A stretch of DNA of 8,543 nt, from NCBI GenBank assembly GCA_004284765.1, contig NQJD01000063.1, positions 1 to 8,543 on the forward strand. The letters are read 5' to 3'. Shown here piece after piece: positions 1 through 7,068 of the stretch. The translations under genes and the position numbers were made by a program. The notes beneath the pieces are model-generated. The model was not told the origin of the DNA. It saw only the letters and a program-made list of their open reading frames with translations, and did no database searches. Position 1 is the first letter of the stretch. Each line of letters opens with the position of its first letter. Source of the DNA: Candidatus Electronema aureum. GTDB lineage: Bacteria; Desulfobacterota; Desulfobulbia; Desulfobulbales; Desulfobulbaceae.

Positions 1-161
1 ATTAGTCAGGAAGACATTGTCGTTTTCGAGAAGCATTGAAAACTTAACTGCATCTGTTTGGAGATTTATTAATCACTACAACGATTGTATTTTATTTCAT
101 TGATCACTCACAGATCTCTATTACCAAGGATAGACGTACTTTGATTCTCTTCATATTTTGG

Positions 162-197
162 AATCCCCGCTGCTTGCTGCTGCGGGGATTTTTATTT
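162..197 (+). terminator. Rho-independent terminator-like hairpin ending a + strand transcript that starts upstream of the window
   Basis: AATCCCCGC (162-170) pairs perfectly with GCGGGGATT (182-190). The loop is 11 nt (TGCTTGCTGCT), and two more G-C pairs are possible inside it. TTTATTT (191-197) follows directly. The T-tract lies 3' of the stem on the + strand only. Confidence 0.65.
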
Positions 198-213
198 GTA
201 CAAACCTAAAGAA

Positions 214-2097
214 ATGAAAAATATTACGGTTGAAAAAAGATCGGCAGAATGGGAAAGTTTGTCTATTGAAACAATGAATCAATTATGGGTGACGCTGGCA
301 GTAAGCACAGTATGTATATTGATCGGAGGAAACCTTCTCCTGCTTAATCGCCTTACGTTTATTCATTCATCAATAATTGCTGCATCATGTTTTGCTCTGC
401 TCGCAATATTCTATGTCTTCTCGCGCCAGTTGGGTGATTTTGTATGGGGAATAGTTCTCACTTACGGATTAATGGCGACCTTGGTTTACAGCCGTTTACC
501 TTGGTTAGTATTTATATTTTATGGTGCTGCTGTAGGCTCATTTTTTTACATATTTCGCCTTTTCTGGTATTCATACCATGATTGGCGAACAATTTTCCTG
601 ATGGCTGTGGTTGCAACAGTGACAATATTAGGCATGGAAGCGTACACTTCATTTGATATGCTCCAGCGTTTGCATGTTGGCGAGGTGTGTCAAGATACAT
701 TGTTTCACGCCAGCGTCGCAGCGATGATAAAAAACTACGGTGTAGCTTCAACTGGCCTGCATGGGTTAGTAGAAGTTCCGTACCATACATTTTCTCATGT
801 ACTGATGGCAAGTATCAGTTTGATTTCAGGCGTAGGTGTTGTTGAAGTTTACGGAGTTGCAAACCACATCCTCTTTGCCCCATTTTTAATTTTTAGCATT
901 ACAGCTTTTTGTACAATTACGAGCAGAGTAAATCATATATCAATTCCTTTTCTTTGGGGAATATCTTCCTTGCTGCTCGCCACTATACCTTTTTTATTTT
1001 GGCGCTGGGCGATACAGAGAACATTCTTTATTTCAGAATCTTATGTTGTTTCCTTGGCATTATTTGTATTAGGTTCAACGCTTCTCTATAAGCAATCTTT
1101 ATCGTTCCGCGATTTGCTTCTGCTCTTCTTCGTATCCTTTATGATCTCAAATGCAAAAGCATCCGTTGGTCTTGTTTTTTCTGGACTTTGGTTTGTGCGC
1201 CTGCTGTTTCTTCGTAAACGTTGCGAAGAAACAAGAAAAGTTGCACTGGCTGCAATCTTCGTTGTAACAGCAGCAGGATTCGCTGTATTCAATTCAGCAC
1301 ACGCAGCACCTACAGGAATTACGTTCTCTCCATTACATCTTGTAAAAAACTATTCTTTTCTTGGTAAGTCTCTTGATGACGTTGCAAATGCAGTCATCGA
1401 AAGAAAGATAGTATCTCTTCAGGAAATTGTCCTTGCGTTATTTGCCTTATTCAGTTTTTTCGCATTTCATTTTTCCGTGCCGATAGCAACGATTCTATCT
1501 GATTTATATACAGAGAGAACGTTGAAAAATCCAATGTCTGTTTATTCCTTAGCAACTTTGTTTACAGGAGTGCTGATTGTTTTAACCGCAGGAATTGCAG
1601 GAGGTTCTGCGTATTATTTTTCAAACGTAGCCATGTTTGTCTCGATCCCAAGGTTAGTTATCATATTAAGTGAATTTATTAACCGCAAAAATATACATCC
1701 GGTAAAGTTTCTTTTGATGGCTATCGTATTGATCTGTATAATGCAATATTCAAGTTTTTATAGAAATAGCATTTTTTTGCATGGACAATATGCTGCCGGG
1801 ACAAATAATCTACTGATAGATAGATTAATGACTCTTGATAAGAACAAGAAAACCGATGTGGTATTCAAACCAAGCGTAAATATCTTGGCAATGAATCCAG
1901 TAGCTCGCTGCACTGCAAAGCCGTTTCTTTTTCCGGCAGTATCTGAACGACCTTGGATTGGCGTAATAGATGAGAACTCTGGAAACTGTAATTATATCTA
2001 CTATGGATACGAACAATATGGAATCACACAGGAACAGCAGAGTATCAAGATAAATCCTGTCTTTTTGCCTGGCATGGTAATCAAAAATATAGATTAG
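214..2097 (+). CDS. Large polytopic integral membrane protein of unknown function, with about 14-16 hydrophobic spans and a C-terminal soluble domain of about 100 aa. It may be a GT-C/Wzy-like surface-glycan enzyme.
   Basis: The track gives a 633-codon ORF at 196..2097. Its TTG at 196 lies inside the terminator T-tract, so the in-frame ATG at 214 is more plausible; ATG 274, just before the first hydrophobic span, is another option. By eye, hydrophobic stretches of 17-23 aa recur from about aa 30 to 530. The last ~100 aa are hydrophilic and contain two Cys (ARCTAKP, GNCNY). I cannot assign any motif to a named family. The gene is AT-rich (lines 301-360 = 25/60 GC, 1681-1740 = 20/60 GC). Confidence 0.8.
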   Translation: MKNITVEKRSAEWESLSIETMNQLWVTLAVSTVCILIGGNLLLLNRLTFIHSSIIAASCFALLAIFYVFSRQLGDFVWGIVLTYGLMATLVYSRLPWLVFIFYGAAVGSFFYIFRLFWYSYHDWRTIFLMAVVATVTILGMEAYTSFDMLQRLHVGEVCQDTLFHASVAAMIKNYGVASTGLHGLVEVPYHTFSHVLMASISLISGVGVVEVYGVANHILFAPFLIFSITAFCTITSRVNHISIPFLWGISSLLLATIPFLFWRWAIQRTFFISESYVVSLALFVLGSTLLYKQSLSFRDLLLLFFVSFMISNAKASVGLVFSGLWFVRLLFLRKRCEETRKVALAAIFVVTAAGFAVFNSAHAAPTGITFSPLHLVKNYSFLGKSLDDVANAVIERKIVSLQEIVLALFALFSFFAFHFSVPIATILSDLYTERTLKNPMSVYSLATLFTGVLIVLTAGIAGGSAYYFSNVAMFVSIPRLVIILSEFINRKNIHPVKFLLMAIVLICIMQYSSFYRNSIFLHGQYAAGTNNLLIDRLMTLDKNKKTDVVFKPSVNILAMNPVARCTAKPFLFPAVSERPWIGVIDENSGNCNYIYYGYEQYGITQEQQSIKINPVFLPGMVIKNID

Positions 2098-2102
2098 GCA
2101 TC

Positions 2103-2167
2103 TTGCATAAGTAAAATTTATATGCTATTTCATGTGCAAAGTATGTACATGGATTCTACTTATGCAA
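2103..2167. repeat. Perfect 11-bp inverted repeat (TTGCATAAGTA / TACTTATGCAA) with a 43-nt spacer, located at the low-GC/high-GC boundary
   Basis: TTGCATAAGTA at 2103-2113 is the exact reverse complement of TACTTATGCAA at 2157-2167. The spacer contains an 8-bp palindrome, ATGTACAT (2143-2150), and further copies of the TGCAAA motif. The repeat starts 6 nt after the stop codon of the membrane-protein gene (2095-2097) and ends 12 nt before the likely dus start (2179). No T-tract follows it, so it is not a classical terminator. Confidence 0.5.
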
Positions 2168-2178
2168 AAGGTCTAATA

Positions 2179-3111
2179 ATGAACATAGACTCAGTCGCCC
2201 TTGACAACCCCTTTATCCTCGCACCGTTAGCTGGCTACACCGACCTACCTTTTCGGTTGCTCTGCCGGGAAGCCGGGGCGGGACTGGTGGTTTCTGAGAT
2301 GATCAGTTGTCACGGCCTGATTTACGGCCAAACGCAGACGCGCTCCATGTTGAAAACTGTGCCAGAAGAGCGACCTTGGTCAGTGCAGCTTTTTGGCAGC
2401 GAGCCGGAGAGTATGGGGCAGGCAGCTGCCTTGGTTTCGGCCATGCCGGTTGATATCATCGATATCAACATGGGTTGCCCAGTGCCTAAGGTAGTGAAGA
2501 AAGGCTCAGGTTCGGCTCTGATGAAACCGGAAAATCTGGGGAGGGCTGAGGCGATCATTCGGGCGGTGGTGGGCAACACGACGCTGCCGGTGACGGTGAA
2601 GTTCCGTAGCGGTTGGAATGATGCCTCAATCATCGCCCCAGATTTCGCCCAGATGTGCGAAGCTGCCGGGGCCGCTGCCGTGACCATTCACGCCCGCACT
2701 TGGGCGCAGCAGTTTGGCGGCAAAGCTGACCGCTTGGTCATCACGGCAGTGAAACAGGCGGTATCCATTCCGGTGATCGGTAACGGCGATATTCTCTGCT
2801 ATGAGGATGGATTAGAGATGATGCAGGAAACCGGCTGTGACGCGGTGATGATTGGGCGCGGTGCGCTGGGGAATCCTTGGGTTTTTCAGCCCGACGGCAT
2901 TCCAGAGACACTGGCCGGACGGCTGCCGGTTATTCGGCGTTATCTGGAACTGGCCGAGCAGCATCTCGACACAGCGCATTTACTTTTCCGCATCAAGAAC
3001 CATATCTGTCGCTTTTTAAGCGGACTGCAAGGCGCAGCAGCCATTCGGCAGGAGATTATCAGTTGCAGCAGTTTGGCGGAGGTTGAAGCGATCCTACGAG
3101 AGAACTCCTGA
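2179..3111 (+). CDS. dus: tRNA-dihydrouridine synthase (Dus family, DusB/NifR3-like)
   Basis: The translation carries Dus-family hallmarks: LAPLAGYTDLPFRLLCRE, VQLFG, DIIDINMGCPVPKVVKKGSGSALM (catalytic Cys loop), VTVKFRSGW, TIHARTWAQQFGGKAD, IPVIGNGDI and VMIGRGALGNPWVF. The ORF opens at 2122, but family-like sequence begins right after the Met at 2179 (MNIDSVALDNPFILAPLAGYTD), which has AAAGG 7 nt upstream. The stretch 2122-2178 is AT-rich and overlaps the inverted repeat. Confidence 0.93.
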   Translation: MNIDSVALDNPFILAPLAGYTDLPFRLLCREAGAGLVVSEMISCHGLIYGQTQTRSMLKTVPEERPWSVQLFGSEPESMGQAAALVSAMPVDIIDINMGCPVPKVVKKGSGSALMKPENLGRAEAIIRAVVGNTTLPVTVKFRSGWNDASIIAPDFAQMCEAAGAAAVTIHARTWAQQFGGKADRLVITAVKQAVSIPVIGNGDILCYEDGLEMMQETGCDAVMIGRGALGNPWVFQPDGIPETLAGRLPVIRRYLELAEQHLDTAHLLFRIKNHICRFLSGLQGAAAIRQEIISCSSLAEVEAILRENS

Positions 3112-3123
3112 GACGCATATTTT

Positions 3124-4329
3124 TCACTCATGCCGCAGAGCATCAATCGGATCAAGGCGTGCTGCCTTCAGCGCAGGGAAATAGCCAAAGATCACCCCGA
3201 CTGCTGCGGAAAAGAGAAAGGCGATGATAATAATCTGGAAATCAGGCAAGAAGGGAAGTTCCAGCATCAGCGTGATACCGTAAGAGGAAATTAACGCAAT
3301 GATGATACCAACGATTCCACCTAAAGAGGACAGCACTACGGATTCAGTCAAAAACTGAAGCATGACCTCATGTTCAAACGCGCCGATAGCAAGACGGATG
3401 CCAATCTCGCGGGTGCGTTCTGTCACCGAAACCAGCATGATGTTCATGATGCCGATACCGCCGACCAAGAGACTGACCGCCGCCACTGCACTAAGCAAGG
3501 CGGTCATGGTTTTTGTAGTACCAGTAAGCATAGCGGCCAGCTCTTTGGTGTCGCGTACATTGAAATTGTCTTCTTCGCTATCAGCCAAATGCCGCCGTTT
3601 CCGCAGCAAAATGATCAGCTCTTCGGTGGCTTGCTCGGTAGAGCCGCTGTCTTCCACGGAAAGCTGAATGCCTGCCACATCTCGATTGCCGGAAAAGCGG
3701 CGTTGCACAGTCAGTAGCGGCATAACGATCAGATCATCCTGATCTCGCCCCATGCTCGATTGGCCTTTTTCTTGAAGCTGGCCAATCACTTGGCAGGAGA
3801 CTTTGCCCAAGCGGATATTTTTGCCCACCGGGTCGTCCTCGGCAAAGAGATTTTTTCGCACGGTCTGCCCGACCACGCAGACTGCCCTGCCGGTCAGTAG
3901 TTCCGCTTGCTCAAACGTTCTGCCGCTTTCAATGATCCAGTTGCGGACGATGAAGAAATCATTGCTACTGCCGGTGATGCTGGTGGACCAGTTCTTATTG
4001 CCCGCCACAGCAGTGGCATTGGCCGAGACTACCGGAGCCACCGCCTTCAGCGAACCAATCTCCTTGCGGATGGCTTGTACATCCTGAAGCGTGAAGCTGG
4101 GCGCGGCTGAATCTTGCCCCGGCCCTCGGTGCTGGCCGGGCGAGATCATGAGGACATTGGTACCCATGCTGGCGATCTGACCGGTAACTTGGGCGGTGGT
4201 ACCGTTGCCGATCGTGACCAAAGTGATAACCGCGCCCACGCCGATGATGATACCGAGAATGGTCAGCACGGAACGCATCACATTACGCCGGATGTCACGC
4301 AGGGCAAGCAGTATGGTGTTGAAGAGCAT
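3124..4329 (-). CDS. MacB/FtsX-family ABC transporter permease (type VII ABC fold): N-terminal TM, large periplasmic domain, three C-terminal TMs
   Basis: The 401-aa protein starts MLFNTILLALRDIRRNVMRSVLTILGIIIGVGAVI, the typical MacB/LolC/FtsX N-terminal helix. A soluble insert of about 220 aa follows. The C-terminal FtsX-like region reads LLVGGIGIMNIMLVSVTERTREIGIRLAIGA ... FGYFPALKAARLDPIDALRHE. Its ATG (4327-4329) directly abuts the TAA of the upstream ATPase gene (4330-4332). Confidence 0.9.
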   Translation of the reverse strand: MLFNTILLALRDIRRNVMRSVLTILGIIIGVGAVITLVTIGNGTTAQVTGQIASMGTNVLMISPGQHRGPGQDSAAPSFTLQDVQAIRKEIGSLKAVAPVVSANATAVAGNKNWSTSITGSSNDFFIVRNWIIESGRTFEQAELLTGRAVCVVGQTVRKNLFAEDDPVGKNIRLGKVSCQVIGQLQEKGQSSMGRDQDDLIVMPLLTVQRRFSGNRDVAGIQLSVEDSGSTEQATEELIILLRKRRHLADSEEDNFNVRDTKELAAMLTGTTKTMTALLSAVAAVSLLVGGIGIMNIMLVSVTERTREIGIRLAIGAFEHEVMLQFLTESVVLSSLGGIVGIIIALISSYGITLMLELPFLPDFQIIIIAFLFSAAVGVIFGYFPALKAARLDPIDALRHE

Positions 4330-5043
4330 TTATGCTGCCTCCTTTTCTGTCGCCACGTGTCCATCCACAAAGTGGATGATGCGTTTGCTATACTCGGCCA
4401 TGTCTGGCTCGTGCGTGACCATGACGATGGTGATTCCCTTTTCCTGATTCAGGCCAACCAGCAGTTCCATGATCTCGTGACTGCGCGAAGTATCGAGGTT
4501 GCCGGTCGGTTCATCGGCAAACAGCACTGCCGGGCTGGTGACAATGGCGCGGGCAATAGCCACCCGCTGCTGCTGGCCGCCGGACAGCTCGCCGGGCGTG
4601 TGCGATTCCCTGCCTTCTAACCCAACAATTTTTAAGGCTTGTCGGGACAGCTCGCGCCGTTTTTTGGCTGGAGTGCCACGATACATCAGCGGCAACTCCA
4701 CGTTTTCTATGGCTGAAGTGCGATTGAGCAAATTGAAGCCCTGAAAGACAAAGCCGAGATAATAGCGGCGGAGCGAGGCTAACTGCTTGCGGCTCATTCG
4801 GCTGACTTCTAACCCGCCGAAGAGATATTGGCCAGAAGTAGGCGTGTCTAAACAACCGAGGATGTTCATGCAAGTGGATTTTCCGGAGCCGCTTGGACCC
4901 ATGATTGAGACAAAGTCCTCTTTGGCGATATCCAAATCTACCCCGTGCAGGGCGTAGGTCAAGGCATCACCAATACCATACGCCTTGGTGATGCCACGCA
5001 GTCGGATGAACGGCGGCGCGGCGTTTTCTGCGGTGGCGGTCAT
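4330..5043 (-). CDS. ABC transporter ATP-binding protein (MacB/LolD-type, on a separate polypeptide)
   Basis: All standard ABC motifs are present: Walker [11 protein letters not shown]-loop FVFQ, signature [14 protein letters not shown], Walker [13 protein letters not shown] and H-loop VTHE. Its ATG (5041-5043) overlaps the TGA of the adaptor gene (5040-5042) as ATGA, which indicates translational coupling. Confidence 0.95.
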   Translation of the reverse strand: MTATAENAAPPFIRLRGITKAYGIGDALTYALHGVDLDIAKEDFVSIMGPSGSGKSTCMNILGCLDTPTSGQYLFGGLEVSRMSRKQLASLRRYYLGFVFQGFNLLNRTSAIENVELPLMYRGTPAKKRRELSRQALKIVGLEGRESHTPGELSGGQQQRVAIARAIVTSPAVLFADEPTGNLDTSRSHEIMELLVGLNQEKGITIVMVTHEPDMAEYSKRIIHFVDGHVATEKEAA

Positions 5044-6353
5044 TTCTGCCGTCCAGAGTTGACAATGCCAGTGATGACCAAATCGCCGCGCCTGATCTCT
5101 CCTTCTACTATTTCCGCACTGCTACCGTCATTTAAGCCGATTTTAACCGATATCTGCTGAGGCTGCCCGTTTTTGCCCAGCTTCCAGACCTGCTGCGGGT
5201 CTTTACTGTCCACGGTTGCGGGTGGCAGACGTTTTTCCCTCAGTAGCCGTCGAGGCATGAGCGAATCCATCAGCGATTTCTTTTGCGCCCGTTTTTCTGA
5301 AGTCTGCGGGCTAAAACGCAGGGCTGCGGTCGGCACCAACAGGGCGTTTGTCGCTTTTTCCACGATAATTTCGGCGGTGGCGGTCATGCCGGGCCGTAAC
5401 ACCAAATCAGCATTATCAACCATGAGTACGGTCTTATAGGTGACAACTCCGCTCGTGACCGTTGCGGCAAAGCGCACTTGCCGAATTTGAGCAGAAAATT
5501 TTCGCTCAGGATAGGCATCAACAGTGAACTGCGCCGCCTGCCCTTCGCCGACTTTGCCGATGTCTGCCTCATCGACATCCACGTGCAGTTCCATTTTGGT
5601 GAGGTCTTCGGCTAACTCAAACAACACTGGCGCAGAAAACGAAGCAGCCACGGTCTGTCCCGGCTCGATATTCCGGCTGAGGACTATGCCATTAACCGGT
5701 GAAATTATTTCAGCTTTGGCTAATTCCGTGCGGGTAATGTCTAATTTTGCCTGGACTTCATCCACGCCCGCCTCAGCACTGGCTTTTTCTGCTATAGCCC
5801 GTGCCGAGGCTGCTTCTGCTGCATCAATGTCAAACTGCGAAGGTGTTTTACCGCCGCTCAATTCTCTAATTTTTCTCAGCTGCTTGAGTTTGCTGGATGT
5901 TTCATGAATAGTGGCTGCTGCTGTCAATACTTTGGCTCTGGCCGCTGCTAAGGAAGCCGCAGTCTGCTTGACTTGCGCCTCGAGCTTGGAAATATCTAAG
6001 CGGGCCAACACCTGTCCTGCCTTGACCTGATCGTTGTAATCGGCCAACACTTCCTCAATGTTGCCGGATAGTTCGCTGCCTACTGCCACTTGATTGGTCG
6101 GCTGAAGCGTGCCAGTGGCGGTGACGTTCACAGTCAGATCACCGTTGCGGACTTCCTCGGTTTTGTATTCGACCTGAACTGCCGTGCTGCTACCTTTTTT
6201 CTTCTGCTGCTCAAAAAAGAAATAACCACCTGAGGCCAGCCCGCCGAATAGCAATAACCAGCAAAAGCGGCAGGTCCAGCTCCGGTGGTGGCGGGGTGGT
6301 TCCAGCAGTAGGGCTGGATCAATATCCGCCTGTTCTTTCTTGGATGTTCTCAT
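5040..6353 (-). CDS. HlyD/MacA-family periplasmic adaptor (membrane fusion protein)
   Basis: There is an N-terminal membrane anchor (CRFCWLLLFGGLASGGYFFF). Next come a lipoyl/barrel-sandwich-like segment (GTLQPTNQVAVGSELSGNIEEVLADYNDQVKAGQVLARLD), long Ala/Lys/Glu-rich coiled-coil hairpin sequence, then ISPVNGIVLSRNIEPGQTV and a beta-barrel/MP-type C-terminus. The track ORF starts at TTG 6404. I prefer ATG 6353 (MRTSKKEQ...), but neither start has a clear SD. Confidence 0.88.
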   Translation of the reverse strand: MRTSKKEQADIDPALLLEPPRHHRSWTCRFCWLLLFGGLASGGYFFFEQQKKKGSSTAVQVEYKTEEVRNGDLTVNVTATGTLQPTNQVAVGSELSGNIEEVLADYNDQVKAGQVLARLDISKLEAQVKQTAASLAAARAKVLTAAATIHETSSKLKQLRKIRELSGGKTPSQFDIDAAEAASARAIAEKASAEAGVDEVQAKLDITRTELAKAEIISPVNGIVLSRNIEPGQTVAASFSAPVLFELAEDLTKMELHVDVDEADIGKVGEGQAAQFTVDAYPERKFSAQIRQVRFAATVTSGVVTYKTVLMVDNADLVLRPGMTATAEIIVEKATNALLVPTAALRFSPQTSEKRAQKKSLMDSLMPRRLLREKRLPPATVDSKDPQQVWKLGKNGQPQQISVKIGLNDGSSAEIVEGEIRRGDLVITGIVNSGRQK

Positions 6354-6482
6354 GGCATTTTTGCTCAGGTCAAATTTAAATTTTTTTGCCAGATCACAGG
6401 ACAAATCCGACCCAGCTGCCGCGCTGCCAAAAAAAATGGCTGGAGGAGGTACGCGGCAGGGTGAGTCGAAAAAGGCAGCAGT

Positions 6483-6968
6483 TTATTTATCCAGCAGCAT
6501 CTTTAGAAACCGCGTCTGCTTGTGCAAGTCGTCGCCGACTAACTCGCTCAGGCTTTGCTGGGCAGATTGTACGGCAAGCCCTTCCTGCTTTAGCTGCGCG
6601 ATCATCTGCTCTGGGCTGGTCTGCGCAACTTGGGCCAGCGTGGTCAGCGGAGCTTTGCCCAAGGCGCGTAACGGGGCAACAAAAGGCGGCTCGCCGCTGC
6701 CGCCGACAGGCGCGAAGCTGACCAGCAGGATCAGGGCGAATGCGCCCACCAGCACCTGCCCCTTGCGTTCAGTCAGATATTTTTTAAAAGCGGCAAAATT
6801 CACCGCTAAATGAAAAGCCGCAGCAGCCAAAAAAATCCAGCTTACCCACTCATGCGCTTCTTTGGCCAAACCGGGTGCAGCGTGGAAAAACATGAACACA
6901 CCGGTCACAGCAAGAAGCAGGAAAGAACCTGCGGTAATCGGGGTAGTCCATTCACGTTTGATGCTCAT
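6483..6968 (-). CDS. Small membrane protein with three TM helices bearing His residues and a predicted periplasmic C-terminal domain of about 70 aa. It resembles DUF4405-type (cytochrome-b-like) proteins, but this assignment is tentative.
   Basis: The 161-aa ORF has AGGAGG (reverse complement of 6978-6983) 9 nt upstream of its ATG. There are three hydrophobic spans: ITAGSFLLLAVTGVFMFF, VSWIFLAAAAFHLAVNFAAF and VLVGAFALILLVSFAPV. Positive residues in MSIKRE and KKYLTERK fit an N-in topology, which puts His29, His39 and His53 near or in the outer leaflet and the C-terminal helical domain in the periplasm. The family name is from memory only, not from a search. Confidence 0.72.
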   Translation of the reverse strand: MSIKREWTTPITAGSFLLLAVTGVFMFFHAAPGLAKEAHEWVSWIFLAAAAFHLAVNFAAFKKYLTERKGQVLVGAFALILLVSFAPVGGSGEPPFVAPLRALGKAPLTTLAQVAQTSPEQMIAQLKQEGLAVQSAQQSLSELVGDDLHKQTRFLKMLLDK

Positions 6969-7000
6969 CTAAATCATCCTCCTGTGTGCAGATTGAAAAA

Positions 7001-7058
7001 TCCGTCACTTATCCAGCATATCCTTTGCCACAGGACAACATACCGGACAAGTGACGGA
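7001..7058 (-). terminator. Perfect 10-bp inverted repeat with a 38-nt spacer, followed by T5 on the minus strand. It could be a partial terminator/attenuator, or an operator, between the ZraP-like gene and the downstream genes.
   Basis: TCCGTCACTT (7001-7010) is the exact reverse complement of AAGTGACGGA (7049-7058). Read on the minus strand, the second arm is followed by TTTTTCAATC (reverse complement of 6991-7000). The first arm begins 10 nt after the TAA of the upstream gene (7069-7071). An inner TCCT/AGGA stem is possible (7021-7024 / 7032-7035). The long loop weakens it as a classical intrinsic terminator. Confidence 0.4.
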
Positions 7059-7068
7059 AAGTCCATTA

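Noticed and set aside
1-103. Possible 3' end of an upstream + strand gene (frame 1 is open to the TGA at 37-39; frame 2 is open to about 100)
   Set aside because: The fragment is too short to support a call and has no recognisable motif. The only indirect support is the + strand terminator at 162-197.
196-213. TTG at 196 as the start of the membrane protein; also ATG 2122 as the dus start and TTG 6404 as the adaptor start
   Set aside because: TTG 196 lies within the terminator T-tract. The stretch 2122-2178 is AT-rich, overlaps an inverted repeat and precedes the point where Dus-like sequence begins. TTG 6404 has no SD, and an in-frame ATG (6353) lies 17 codons downstream. These are judgement calls rather than proofs.
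2322-6813. Many long ORFs antisense to, or out of frame with, the dus, permease, ATPase, adaptor and 161-aa genes. Examples are 2322..2687-, 3362..3667+, 3370..3717+, 4114..4620+, 4511..4873-, 5524..5907+, 6340..6813+ and 6386..6721+.
   Set aside because: Each lies wholly inside a gene that carries strong family motifs on another frame or strand. Their translations are Arg/Ser/Ala/Pro-rich low-information sequences, typical of shadow ORFs in GC-rich DNA, and none has an SD.
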